Counted from the stretch's first letter, positions 11,050 to 23,744 are shown. The stretch is 64,000 nucleotides of DNA from Lama guanicoe (GCA_013239625.1 MU053934.1:837285-901284), one strand, 5' to 3'. Program-made: numbers and translations. Notes: generated by a model not told the origin, from the letters alone.

Positions 11050-13580
11050 ACAACTATAACAAAGAGCATGTTTATAAGCAGCAATGGAGTGATCCTGGAA
11101 TATATTCTGGACCAAAGCAAGTAAATTAAGCAAAGTGGGGAAAAGTGTGTGTAATTTAGAAGATAAAGGTGAGATATAAATTATGTCTATGTGTACATAT
11201 TTATAATAATGCTGGGAAGATAAACCAAAAATACAAATGAAAAAGGTTCCACATACCTAAAAGGGCAGTGTAGAAACGAGATGAGGGATGTAGGAGATGA
11301 AGTTAAATATCTCTGAATATATCTTGCTTTATAGACTCAACTCTGGAAACAGAAAGATGTTTTTCATAATTACAAAGCAAAATCAAGTTTAAAAGGCAGT
11401 ACTCTCTAAAGATTGAAAGCAAAGAGAAAGAAATGAATTTAACTGTGCATTCAATAGCCAAATAGAGAATTATTTCAAGTGACTCCAAAACACAATAATT
11501 CGACTGCATCTCTAGTGGCATATACTCCGTGGATAAAAATATCTATAAAAAACACTTAAGCATCTGCAGTAATGATAATGTTGGTGTAGTGTTGATACAG
11601 TTATTCTGAGATTTTCGTGTGTACATTGTGAGAAAAATTAAATGAGTGCTTAATTGGTATGTATCTTGAGAACCAGAATTATGAATGTGGGGGAAAAGAT
11701 ATAAAGGTGTCAGATTGAAAAGATTAAGTAAAAACTCCTAAACCCTGAATTTGATTTGGAAGTTTGAGTATGACTCATAATGAATTTCCTCATATGAAAA
11801 AAGGAAGCAAAACTTTCATTTTTCTAGCTTGGCCCACTGAAAAGTACTAGATACAATGACTATCTCTGTAGCAGTTAAGTACCCCTGATATCCACTGTGT
11901 AGTTTCCAAATCCCACTTCCCAATAGAAGAAACCAGGGCTTTCTGTAGAAATGTCTGATTTCAGACCTGGGACAGACAAAATATTAAGATGAGCCTGGAA
12001 CCATCTTCCTAGAACCCAGAAAGCTATTACAGCTTAATGGCATTATGTCCAAAAGACTTGGAAGCCACCTTTATGAGCCATGTATTGGTAAAAAGAGAGT
12101 AAGAACTATAAAATATATTTAAATCTGTGTTTATAAAGATACTTAAGCCCAAACAAGATTTTTGTTTATTTCTAGAAATAATGGAACAACCATGACTAGT
12201 CCAACTCTCCTGCTGTAAACAGCTAGAAAGCTGGACAAAATATATGGGGAAAGTCAGTTTTCAGACACTGGACAAGAGATAGTGCAGATTCTGATTCCTG
12301 AGAGATGGTGAACCCAATGAATACCCTGGATTCCTACATGGAGACACTTTTTAGACCCTGATGCAGCAAGGGGGATCTCAGGCAAAACATGACAGTCTTA
12401 CCAAGTTGAGAAGACGAGGATCAGAGTTTGAGGGACAAAGGGCTGGAATTGGCAGGGCAGAGAATCAGAGAGGAGGATGCTATGAAGACAAAGCTCCAGA
12501 CATCTGAACATGGGTTTTCTTGAGTCTGTTGATGAATACCAAACCACTGATACATTCACAAATGCACAGGGTATAAAAGCAAGGTCGGGCAAAGAACAGC
12601 CAGGGAGCTTGTGAGTTAAATAATCCCGAGATCCTATACAGGGCTGGAGACATTGGAGTTCTGACTAGCTTGAGTGGAGAGTCCTAGCTGAACACTGAGC
12701 GTTCAGTAGAGACCCCAGAGGAGTCATGCTTTAGCAGTAGGGATAAACTAGCCTGGATTAAAGTCTACTGTAAATGCAACCTAGCCAAGCTTCAAAGCAA
12801 ACCTCAGAAAGAATGGACAATCATCCAGTAACTTAAACGCCTGCTGGAACAAGGTCCAACACTCTTTGAAGGAAAGTTACAAGTGTCTCACAGATATATG
12901 TATATCAAAAGTCATCAAATTACACACTTTAAGCAGGAATCATTTATCGTATATTTATACCTCAAAATCATAGACTTGAGCAGATACTCCTCAAAGGAAG
13001 GTGAGTGAATTGCCAACAATCATGTGAAAAGATACTCAACAACATTGGAGATGAAAAGGAAAATTAAAACCATAAAGAGACAGTGCTACATACCTAGCAG
13101 AATGCCTAAAATCAGAAAGATTGACCTTGTATTGGCAAGGATGTGAATCAGCTGGAAATCATACACTGCTGATGAGAATATAGTGATATAATCAGTTTGG
13201 AAAATTGTTTGATGGTTCCTTAAAAACTTAGCATATACTTACCATATCCCGCTCCCTAGCCATACCACTCCTAGACATTTTCCCAAGAGAAATGAAAACA
13301 TATGCCCACACAAAGACTTGTAAATGACTTTTCCTGAAAGCTTTAGTCATAATAGCTCAAAATTGGAAACAACTCAACTGTCCATCAGCTGAAGACCAGA
13401 AACATAAGTTATCCTACACCCACACAGTGGTGGTACTTAGCAGTAATATAACTACCGACACATTCACTGACCTGGATGAATCTCAAACACATTTTGCTGA
13501 GTGAAAACCCAAGACACAAAATGCAAATCTGATCTACAGTGACAGAAAGCAGGTTAGTGATGCCTGGGGACAAGCGTGGG
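11050..13580 (+). mobile_element. Composite of old L1 (L1MC/L1ME-like) 3' UTR, 5' UTR and ORF2 3' fragments
   Basis: A-rich sense strand. ctctcctgctgtaaacagctagaaagctggacaaaatata (5' UTR type, 12206) and ccactcctagacattttcccaagagaaatgaaaacatatgcccacacaaagacttgt (ORF2 end, 13265). Confidence 0.75.
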
Positions 13581-13589
13581 GGTCAATTG

Positions 13590-14866
13590 ACTGCACATCC
13601 TATTGGCAATACCTTAAAATATATTTCAAATCTGACCCTTTCTTACCAGCAACCCTGCTACATCCCACTTCAGGTCCCCATTATCTCTCTCCTGTTTGCA
13701 CAGCTTCCTAACTGGTCTCCCTGTTTCCACCTTGACTTTAGCTTATTCTCTTTGCAAAAGACAGAGCAAGCCTATTAAAATGGAAGTCACGTCCAGTAAC
13801 CCCTCTGTTCAATCCCCCCCTCCTTTCACACAAAGTAAAAGCCAATTTTTTTTTTTTAATCAAACTACAAGGGCCAGTGTGACTTGGCTCCCATTGATTC
13901 TCTGAACTCATTTTCTCTTACTTTCCTTGCTCACCCTGCTCCAGCCACACCGGTCTCCTTGCTCGTACTGAACACGCCATGCATGTGCTCATCTCAGAAC
14001 CTCTGCACTGGGTGTCCATATGCCTAGAAAACTCTTCCCTCCAGATATCCACATGGGGCATTTTCTCATCTCTTTCATAAATATCCTCAAATGCTGTTGC
14101 GTTCATTGCCTAGGGCTGCCATGACAAAGTCCTACAAGACGGGCAGCCTAAGTCAACAGAAATTGTTCTCTCACCTTCTGGAGCTTAGACATCCAAAATC
14201 AAGTTGTTGGAAGGGCCACTCTCTCTCTCTCTGAAGGTTCTAGGGCAGGGTTCTTCTCTACCTCTTCCTAGCTACTGGTGGTTGTTGATAATCCTTGACC
14301 TTCCTCAGCTTGCAACTGTATGACTCTGATCTCTGCTTCTACCATCACATGGCTGTCTTTCTGTATGTCTGTCTTCACATGCTGTTCTCTTCTCCATCTT
14401 TATGTCCAAATTTTCCTCCTCTTGTAAGGACAACAGCCACTGGATTAGGGCCCACCCTAACCCAGTATAGTGTCTTCTCAATTACATCTGCCAAGAACCC
14501 ACTTCCAAATAAAGTCACATTAACAGGTACTAGGGGTTAGGATTTGGACATAGCTTTTTTGGGGGTAGGGTGGGGGGTTGGACAATTCTACCCACTACAG
14601 GCCCTTTTAAGTGAGATTTTCTCTGGTCACCTCTATCTAAAATTACAGCCCTTGCCCCAACATCCCCTGTCACCCTTTCTTCCTTGTTTCCTTAACATCT
14701 ACCACCATTAAACATATTAAATATTTTGTTCACTTAAAAGATTTCTGCCTTCTTCCACTGGAATATGAGCAAGTGAATATGAAGGCAGGGGATTTTGTCT
14801 TTTTTGTTCACTGCTCTATCCCTCCTTCTAGTAGGTACTCAGTAAGTATTTGTTGAATGAATAAAA
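13590..14866 (+). mobile_element. L2 LINE 3' portion interrupted by an MLT1 LTR
   Basis: ctcaccctgctccagccacaccggtctcctt...tcttccctccagatatccacatgg; ends tactcagtaagtatttgttgaatgaataaa. Confidence 0.85.
14095..14599 (-). mobile_element. MLT1(B/C)-like MaLR solo LTR
   Basis: cctagggctgccatgacaaa...tggattagggcccaccctaacccagtat...acaattctacccactaca. Confidence 0.88.
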
Positions 14867-14928
14867 GAATGTTGTGGGAAGTTAGGTGTTCGATCACAGT
14901 GCACCACTTAATTTCTCCTGATTTTTTT

Positions 14929-15511
14929 AAACTTTTTAAAATTAATTTATAATCATTTTACAATGTGTCAAATTCCAGTGTAGAGCATAATTTTTCAGTT
15001 TTACATGAACATATATATATATATATATATATATATTCATTGTCACATTTTTTTCTCTGTGTGCTACCATAAGGTCTTGTGTATATTTCCCTGTGCTATA
15101 CAGGATAATCTTATTTATCTATTCTACAATTTTGAAATCCCAGTCTACCTCTTTCCACCCCCCACCCCCTTGGCAACCACAAGTTTGTATTCTATGTCTG
15201 TGAGTTTATTTCTGTTTTGTATTTGTGCTTTGTGTTTTGTTTTTTTTTTTAGATTCCACATATGAGCGATCTCTTATGGTTTTTTTCTTTTTTTCTGGCT
15301 TACTTCCCTTAGGATGACATTCTCTAGGTGCATCCATATTGCTGCAAATGGCGTTATGTTGTCAGTTTTTATGGCTGAGTAGTATTCCATTGTATAAATA
15401 TACCACATTTTCTTTATCCAGTCATCTGTTGATGGACATTTAGGCTGTCGCCATGTCTTGGCTATTGTAAATAGTGCTGCTGTGAACATTGAGGTACAGG
15501 TGTCATCCTGA
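14929..15511 (-). mobile_element. Younger L1 3' fragment with TSD
   Basis: The ORF at 15274-15489 (MFTAALFTIAKTWRQPKCPSTDDWIKKMWYIYTMEYYSAIK) is the L1 ORF2p C-terminus; tctcctgattttttt occurs at 14914-14928 and 15512-15526. Confidence 0.95.
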
Positions 15512-15519
15512 TCTCCTGA

Positions 15520-15620
15520 TTTTTTTTAATTGAAGTATAGTCGCTGTACTATGTTGTGTTAATTTCTAATGTACAGCATAGTGATTCATTTATACATATA
15601 TATATTTATTCCTTTTCATG
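15520..15620 (-). mobile_element. Short older L1 3' terminus
   Basis: tttttttaattgaagtatagtc...gtacagcatagtgattca. Confidence 0.85.
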
Positions 15621-15987
15621 GTCTTTGCAGATTCATATTGACCTAAGGGTTTTTCCTACATGAGAAACAACGCTGAGTCCCCACAAAACAAAAATCATCT
15701 TACTCTACTCACTTCTCCCAGGTCAGTGTGTTGGGTTCCTGCTTAACTACCATTCTTCTTCTCAATTCCTCTTTCCCAAGATTTTTAATCATCTTAGGGG
15801 ATGCACAATATCCATTTCATGAAAGGAACTAGACAATCATCACTGAGGCAAGAGGAGGAAACGGGTTTCATTGTATCCTGTTTCTCATCAACATAGGGAC
15901 TGGCTCTCACTGCGAAGAGAAAAAGCCAAGCTGTTGATTCCTGTCTACTTTTATTTCCACTGTGACCACCCCCCAATTCTTCCACAT

Positions 15988-16195
15988 CAGTGCTTTTTGC
16001 AATCCGTTTTTGGGTGGAAAAAAAACAATTTACTCTAATGTGGCTGTATTCTTAAAAAAGTATATACTAAAAAGACTGAAGAAATTTGAGTTGCGTAGGG
16101 AAGTTTCAGTAAGTATTGTTTCAGGAAACTTTTGTTTCAGCTAAGCGTGTGTGTTTATGGTTGTACATGTCAGGTCTTGATGTAAAAAGTGCTCT
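15988..16195. mobile_element. hAT-Charlie-type MITE, same family as 49570-49828 in the opposite orientation
   Basis: aagtattgtttcaggaaacttttgtttcag resembles the reverse complement of ctgaaatcaaaatttcacaaaagaatgct at 49671. Confidence 0.6.
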
Positions 16196-17234
16196 GTGCA
16201 GGCATTCATTCTCTCTCTCTAACTGCAGGAGGGGCTTGTTAAGAATGGATATTTGATGCACTGTTTCCTCACTTCTTAAGTCTCTTCATGGTGCTTCTTG
16301 TCATTATAGCCCAAGTCAGCACCTGAGCTACACGACAGAGTGCACAAGGGGCACCTGGGGAGGTCATTAAGAAGAGCTTCCCAAACTCCGCCCACCCAAG
16401 GGACGCGCATTGGATAGTCTGGGTTGAGCTCAGCACCAGAATTTTTAGTTGGCTTCTAGGAGATTCCGAGGCACAATCCAGGATCCTATTTTACAAATAT
16501 GCAGGATGCAAGAAGGACAGATTAAATCAGTGCAGGTGTTCATTGATACCAACAGACTATGCCTCGCTTGTTCAATGGTACTCATTCTTACTGGTACCAC
16601 GGATGACTTATTTCTTCCTCCCTCTTTAGGGAAATTCCACCTGTGCTAGCTGATGGAGGACTCATTTCCAGATTGTGTCACATGTAGCTATGTTGTGACT
16701 TTGCCTTCTAAGATATTGGGATGCTTGATTGTCCAGAGATTTGATGAAGGTCTTGTGGAAAGAGGAGTCCACAGGTCACATGGTAGATTCCATCAGGAAG
16801 GTGGGATGTGGTCATCGGTGGGGGCAGCTCTTCTCAGCCTTGGCCAAACTTTGAGGTGGTACAACAGGTTTTTTCTTATTTTCTGTGCACAGGAAGGTAG
16901 ATTCTAATAATAAAACAGCACTAACGTGTAAAAAGTCATCTACCCATTTTTAAGCTTAGAACTTAGCAGGGCAGGTGGCAGAGATGGTTGAGATAACGGC
17001 TGAGGAACATTCCCAGATCCTCAAAAGTGCTGCACAAGCACCTTGTACTGACAGCATCGTGAACATAGCACATCTGCTCCCTAATCTAATTAGTTCTTGG
17101 GATTCCCCACATCTTCGATTAATGATTACTTCTTTATAGAAATACGTTGCTACTCAAAACACCAGGAAGTAAGGGGGATCTGCCATTGGCTAAGACTCAT
17201 CTTGGACCTCAAATAATGGAAACGGATATCACAC

Positions 17235-17460
17235 AATATGAATACATGCCAGGCACCACTGTCAGCAGATAACACATACTGATACATGTAATTCTCCCAC
17301 AGCCCTCGAGGTGAGTTCCATTATTATCCCTATTTTAACAAAATGGAGTGTGGTGAGGTCACATGACTTACTCAAAGTCACAGAACTTGTAACCATGAAG
17401 TTGAGAGTTGAACCCAGGTAATTTGAGTCCAAAGCCTGTGCAATTAACCACCATGTCACA
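17235..17460 (-). mobile_element. MIR SINE
   Basis: tgccaggcacc...attattatccctattttaacaaatgg...tgacttactcaaagtcacag...gaacccagg...gagtccaaagcctgtgc. Confidence 0.85.
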
Positions 17461-17678
17461 TGTTTTGGCAGAGGAGTTTACAGTCAGGGAAGAGGCAAGT
17501 CTCCAAAGTAAATAAAGGCAGAAACATTGTTTTGAATGGATGAAGGGGAGTGGTAAGTACATAGTATAGATTGAGTGTGTTTAAAATTCACAAATTAAAA
17601 CATGTGTAATTTATTCCAATGGTTTTACAGTACCGTTTGGATAAGGTGGTTAAATAGTAGACCGTAGGTATTTAGGGG

Positions 17679-19875
17679 TGTGTCAGTTTTTTGCTCGCAT
17701 CTCTGATGGGCGGATCTTTTGCGTGGGCTGGACTCAGTGAATCTCACCAGAGCGTGCTCATATGTTTGCATTCACTTGGTATTGGTAGGTTGGCTGGCCT
17801 CAGATGGCTTCACTCAAATTTCTGGTGGTTTTCTAGCTAGGAGCAGCTGGGGCAACTGTGCCACGTGCCTGGCATCATCCAGCAGGCTAGCTCAGGCTTT
17901 TTCACATGGCAGACTAGCCCAGCCTTATTCAAATGATGGCTGGTTTCGAGAGAAGCAAGGGAGTGAAAATCCCAGCATGCAAGCCCTTTAAAGAAGAATC
18001 TGTGGCCACCTTTACAACTTACCACCGTTTGCCACCGCAGAATTGGTTAGATTCCACCCACATGCAAAATATGCTTGCCCCATCTCTGGATCCTCTAAAA
18101 TATCATCGAATTAGAGCATCAGAATTAAAGTCTAGGGTCTCCTGATCCATATCATGTCCAGATATGGATGAGGCTCCGTGGGTGTGGTTCTTTGAATGCT
18201 GGTCCCCTTTATGTAGAGACCTTGAACTAGAAAAGAGATGTCTGACCCCTCTACTTCCCCAAAGTATCACAGTAACACAGGGAAGGGCAATCATAAAAAT
18301 GAAAACAATGGAAGGCAGGTAGCAATCTTAGCAATTCTGAAATCCCTCCAGGCCGCTGTTGCCCTGCCCACCTCCTGTGGAGACAACTGTTCTTGCTCAA
18401 CACCCAGTTTAACATCTTGAGAGGGACTCCAGTTCTCTTGTTTTCAAGGATCCATTATCTTGGCTCTCAGCCTTCCCTTTTGAGATATTCTTTCTTTTCC
18501 ATAAGAAATGCCTATGTTGGCAACTGAGTAGATTTTTCTGCTTGTTTTATGTCCATGTACAGTTGGGAGGGTAGAGGTCTTCTTGCAGTTTGAGCAATAT
18601 CAGTCATATCCAGTTAAAGCTGATGGCACGTTTACTGACAAAAGTACCTCAACACTTTGTGGGTTTTCTGTGTATCAGATTGTAAGACCACTATCTTACA
18701 TACATATATAAAGCCTGTCTTAATCCTGGGACAATTTCCATAAGATTCTTCTAAGCCCTTTTCTTTAGCTAAGAATGTCTGAGAGGCAGCTCATTTAATT
18801 TTTCCGAGGTCTTTATGAAGTTAGAGCCACATCCTTAATTCACCTTTACCTTGAGGTTATTACTTAAAGAATCTTTTACTGGCCCATTACTTAAAGAATC
18901 TTTTACTGGCCCAAAAGACTGATACTAAAAAAAAAAAAAGTTTATGTTACAATTTTGCAAAACCAGACCCCTTTGTGTCTTCTAAATTCTGCTTGCGAAC
19001 TGAACACTTCTTCCTTTTATTACCGTCTCTTTTCCTGCATCTGATCACAGGCATCTAAATAAGCCAACTGATTCTTTTCAACATTATTCTTGGAAATAAT
19101 TTTGCTAAGGCCAAAATCACATTTGCTGTCCTGTATTACCACACATGACAGAGTTACTAACTGTTCCACTAATATGTATCACAGGTCATCTTCTATATTG
19201 CAGTTTCCTCACTACTTTTCCAGTTGCCACTAACAGCATGCTCAGTTTTCCTCGTCTTCACTAACATTTCCCTTGCCTCTTCTCCAGGCTCCAACCATTG
19301 GTCCCAAAATCAATGCCACATGTTCTAGATTTTAGTTACAGCAGCTCCCAACTTTTAGGTATCAATTACTGTACCAGTTCGCTTTTGCTGTGTAATAACC
19401 CACTCCACAACTCACTGGCTTAAGACAATAACCATCTTTTCAGCTTCTGATTCCGTGGATCAGCTATTTTTTTTGGTTTGGGCCAGTGTGGCTGGCCTTT
19501 GCTGGGTTTGCTCCTGAGCCTGTTGTCACCTGGCAGAGTGACTGGTGACTGCGTGGGTAATCTGTGACCTCACTCATACACCTGGAATTTGAAAGCTCAT
19601 CAGTTGGGGCAACAGGGGTGGCTTGGCCATGCATCTCTCATCATTGAACAAGCTAGACCAGCCTTGCTCATGTGATAGCAGAATTTTAAGACTAGATAGA
19701 GCAAGCCCCAATACACAAGCACTTTTCAAGTCTCTGCTTGCATCACACTGACTCTTACCCCATTGGTCGATCAAGTAACATGGTCAAACCCAGAGTCAGC
19801 ATGGGAGGGGGCTGCCCACCGGTATGGTTATTGGGAGGGTAACCGTGGCAGCCGGTTCTGTAAACAATTATCACA
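17679..19875 (-). mobile_element. MLT1-type MaLR provirus: LTR remnant (17679-18025), internal region (18026-19369), LTR (19370-19875)
   Basis: Two related LTR segments (catccagcaggctagctcaggc versus cattgaacaagctagaccagcc); MaLR internal junction motifs cccacatgcaaaata and gttacagcagctcccaacttttaggtatcaattac|tgt. Confidence 0.75.
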
Positions 19876-20639
19876 GATATAAAAATGGAGAAAAGGGAAG
19901 ATGGGAGGATTTATTTAAAATCTTGTCTGAAGGATGTTGTCACTGTCAGAGATATATCTCAGTGCTTAGAATAGGGCAACCAGCCGAAAGGGAGTGAAGG
20001 CTTTGAAATCTTGTCCCAGTGGCTGAGCAGATGGTACAACTTCCACTTCTTGGAAGATAAGAAATGTAAAGCAGTGGATTCTGGGAATCTGAGATTTAAC
20101 ACTGACCTTTGGATGCGAAATATTTGAGTCAATGTACCATGCAGGACACCCTGAGGAGGGACTGGCCTAGAGAGTTACTTCCTTTATGCAAATACACTGA
20201 TTTCAGTTTAGGTAGAGTGGTTGTGAGAGTGACCTGGCTGGGCTATCTGGTGTGTTCTGCCTGTGAAGGACTGAACGGACAGGGACAGTGAAGGAAAATG
20301 TCACGTTTGCAGTGAAGGCAGGTGATGCGCCATCCAGGGCTGAACTTAGGGATGCACTTCCTTGCTGACGCACCATCAGAAGTGGAGGGATGGTGTAAAT
20401 GAGACCGAAGCCTGCCCTCTACTTCACATACAAGGGAAAGTTAATAGACGCTGAGGAAGGAGAAGATATTACCCTGGCAACCTACAAATCTATAAATCAT
20501 TATAAACATTGTTTCTCTGGGTAAAAATGTTCTCTGTTCCAAACAAATAAATGACTTGGAAATGAACTTTTAGGTAGAATAGGGTCCTCAGTTGGTCAAA
20601 GTCTGTCCCTAAATGTTCTCCCAAGGAGTAGGATATTAC

Positions 20640-20833
20640 ATTGTTCCTCTCCTGAACAATGGAATGCCTAATTATTTCTCTTCCAAATAGTTTCATGTTC
20701 AATTGTTCGTCTCTCAAAGCAGTGGAACATTCAATCAGTCCTCTCCCAAACAATGGAGATCATTCAATTGTTCCTCTCCCAACAGTTGAATACTCGATTG
20801 TTCCTCTCCCAAGCAATGAGCCATTCAATTATT
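20640..20833. repeat. Degenerate ~31-bp minisatellite, about 6 copies
   Basis: The unit ttgttcctctcccaaacaatggaacattcaa recurs near 20641, 20672, 20703, 20735, 20768 and 20798. Confidence 0.85.
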
Positions 20834-21129
20834 CAGTGAATGCAGTTGAAAAGCTTCCATTTCTAGCAGGATAAAGCAAGGCCGTGACCAGAGCAATGTT
20901 TTGGGCGCAGCTTGCTTCATTGGAGTCAGGCAAGTTCATGGTTATTATCATGATCCCTTGGGATCATTTTGAAACTTTCTGAATAAGAGATTTTCAATGA
21001 TTTATTGGATCTTCACATTCTCCTGCCAGCCATGCAAAGTAGTCTCTCCATTTAGCATACGAGCTTGTGAATACCACTGGGGATATGTCACAGCCATGGT
21101 GAAATGGAACGGAGTACTTTAGTATCTGA

Positions 21130-21520
21130 TCTGTATCAACTGAGCTCCTGCTACAAAGCTGAGTGAGTACCATGCCTGCCCTCAAGAAGCTCACATTCTA
21201 GTTGTCCAGGGAGATACATCAAGGGAGAATGATTCGGGTGGTTGCCAACTGCCCTGACAACTCAAAGGACGGGGAGCTCCATTCTGTCTGTAGAGTTGGG
21301 AAAGGATGCACAAAGATGACGACCCATTCAGGCCTTGAAAAGTGGGAAGTATTTTGACAAAGGCAGAAGACATGTGGGCAGAGATAAAAGTATATGCCTG
21401 GTGTGAACATTCCCCACATTAGATGGGGAAAAGCTGAGGCTGGTATGTTCTAGATGTAGGACACCTGAAACAAGGTGATGAGACTTAAGGCCAAATTTTG
21501 AAGGATGTGATGTGACATTC
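21130..21520 (-). mobile_element. L2 fragment
   Basis: cctgccctcaagaagctcacattctagttg...ggccttgaaaagtgggaagtattttgacaaaggcaga. Confidence 0.7.
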
Positions 21521-22088
21521 TCTGGAGTTTTGCTTTCCTTCTGAAATCCTCCGTTACCCAGAAGGCAAGAGAAGATGTGATTGATAGCAGACAGCCCTGA
21601 AATTAGTGCAGACTTGGAGATACCCAACTAAGCCCTGATTATGCAGGATGTGGGGGGAGATCCCTGATGTCTCTGGAACTGACAAAAAAGTGGAAGACAC
21701 CCAAAAGTGCCAAGTTTGCCCATCTCTGACAGGAGCCAACTTTCTTGCCTGACTCCTATTTCCTATTTGTAGTCTCCAGGTCTCTGTTGCTTCTCAAAAT
21801 TCTTCTGAAGGTGGGATATGGAGCAAATGCTCCAAGGAATGTCATTACTACAGAGACCCTTGATCTGACTTGGACACACAGATGAAGTGTCTGGGGATAT
21901 AAACAGTGCACGGAGATGGCATGCTGATCGGCTCTCCTCCTGGAGGAAGAAAGGCACCTGCAGTTAACAAGGGAGGGTCAACAGGATATTGTACACAGAT
22001 AAGCTCCCCTTCAGCACCGAAAATCATCATTTAGGGGTGAAGTTTATGAAAATAACACATATCCTTTGTCAAAATTGGGAAAATCAGT

Positions 22089-22165
22089 GGGGAGGTATAG
22101 CTAAATGGTAGAGCACGTGCTTAGCATGCATGAGGTCCTGGGTTCAATCCCCAGTACCTCCTCTA

Positions 22166-22224
<59 letters not shown>

Positions 22225-22281
22225 ATAGCTAGCTAGCTAAACAAACCAACCTAATTACCTCCCCCCACAAAAAAATTAAAA
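22089..22281 (+). mobile_element. Vic-1-like tRNA-Ala-derived SINE (camelid)
   Basis: ggggaggtatagctaaatggtagagc...gggttcaatccccagtacctcc (A and B boxes), then (TAAA)n, acctaattacctcccccc and an A tail; TSD aaaattggg(g)aaaatcag at 22071-22087 and 22282-22299. Confidence 0.92.
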
Positions 22282-22644
22282 AAAATTGGGGAAAATCAGA
22301 AACATATTAAGGCAAGCAAACATCACGTGCACTGTCCTCACTCAGAACGAATCAGGTTAACATTTCATTGCTCCTGATCACATTCTTCCTTTTCTATGCA
22401 TAGATATATGTAGATCTTAAAAATATTTCAAGCAAAATTGGAATTGTAAAGGTAATGCATCATTTTGCATTTTAATTTTACCTCCTCTCCTGAGTATTTT
22501 TACAGGTAATATACTTTGAAAATACATGGGCTTTTTATTTGTGAAACAAACACCATTGACGTCATGCTTACTGTGTGTGCTGTTTTGCATATTTTAAGTC
22601 ATTTATTTCTTATAGGGGCTCTATGAAGTGAGTAATTCTTTCAT

Positions 22645-23248
22645 TTTTTTTTATTGTGATAAAGTACACATAACATTTACCATTTTAGCTATTTTAAGTG
22701 TATAATTCTGTCGCATGAAGTATACTCGCAGTGTTCCACAATCAACCCCACCATCCACCGCTAGGCTTTTTCATGTTTCCAAACTAAAACTGTAACCATT
22801 AAAAACTAACTTTCCATTCTCCCCTCTCTGCAGCCTTTGGTAACCACCATTTTACTTTCTATTTTTATGAATTTGACTATTCTAGGTGCCTCCTGTAAGT
22901 GGACTCGTACAGTACTTGTCTTTCTGTGACTGGTTTATTTCACGGAGCATAATGTCTTCAAGGTTAAGCCACGTTGCAGCGTGTGTTGGAAATTTCCTTC
23001 CCATTTAAGCCTGAATAACATTCCATTGTATGGATATAGACCACATTTTGTTTATCAGTTCATTGATCAATAGACTCTTGAGTTGCTTCCACCCTTTGAC
23101 TATTGTGAATAATGCTGCTATGAACAGGGACCTACAAACATCTGTTTGAGTCTCTGCTTTCACTTCTTTTGGTATATACCCAGGAGTGGTATTCCTGGGT
23201 CATAGGTTAATGCTATTTTTAATTTTTTGAGGAACAACCGTACTGCCA
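22645..23248 (-). mobile_element. L1MA/MB-like 3' end
   Basis: tttattgtgataaagtacacataac...gttgcttccaccctttgactattgtgaataatgctgctatgaaca...tttttgaggaac. Confidence 0.9.
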
Positions 23249-23251
23249 TTT

Positions 23252-23728
23252 TGTATGAGCCAGAGTTCTCCAGAAAAACAGAATCAATAGGAACACATTT
23301 ATTATATATATTTGGTCTATCGATTGATCTATCTATCTACCTACCTACCTACCTATCATCTATTAAAAGAGATCTGTTATAAGGAATCAGCTCCCATGAT
23401 GGTGAAGGTTGACAAGTCCCGAGTTCTGTAGCCAGTAACCTGGAGATCCAGGAGAGTCAGTGTTTCAGTTGAGTTGAACATTAAACAGCCCAACGTCCCA
23501 GCTCGACAGCAGTCAGGTGGGAGGGATTCTCTCTTCTCTGGAGAAGCGTTATCCTTTTTTGTTCTTTTCATGCCTTCAAATGAGGCCCACATTACAGGAG
23601 GACCATTTACTTAACTCAGTCTAAACTCCCCCTAAAACACCCTGACAGAAACACCTAGAATAATGTTTTACCAAATATCTGTGCACCCTGTGGTCCAGTC
23701 AAGTCAACACGTGAAATTAACCATCATA
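23252..23728 (-). mobile_element. MLT2-type ERVL solo LTR
   Basis: tgtatgagccagagttctccagaaaaacagaatcaatagga...ccagtcaagtcaacacgtgaaattaaccatcata; 5-bp TSD cattt at 23247-23251 and 23729-23733. Confidence 0.9.
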
Positions 23729-23744
23729 CATTTGGGGAAAGTCA

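Noticed and set aside
15274..15489. ORF2p-like peptides here and at 28593 and 41929
   Set aside because: These are fragments of 5'-truncated L1 copies, not host genes or active elements.
20640..20874. CRISPR-like array or repeat-protein exon (SIVPLP repeats)
   Set aside because: The units are contiguous and diverged with no unique spacers, the context is mammalian, and several unit lengths are not multiples of three.
22089..22161. tRNA-Ala gene
   Set aside because: It is followed by SINE body, A tail and a TSD, and has no oligo-T terminator. It is a SINE head.
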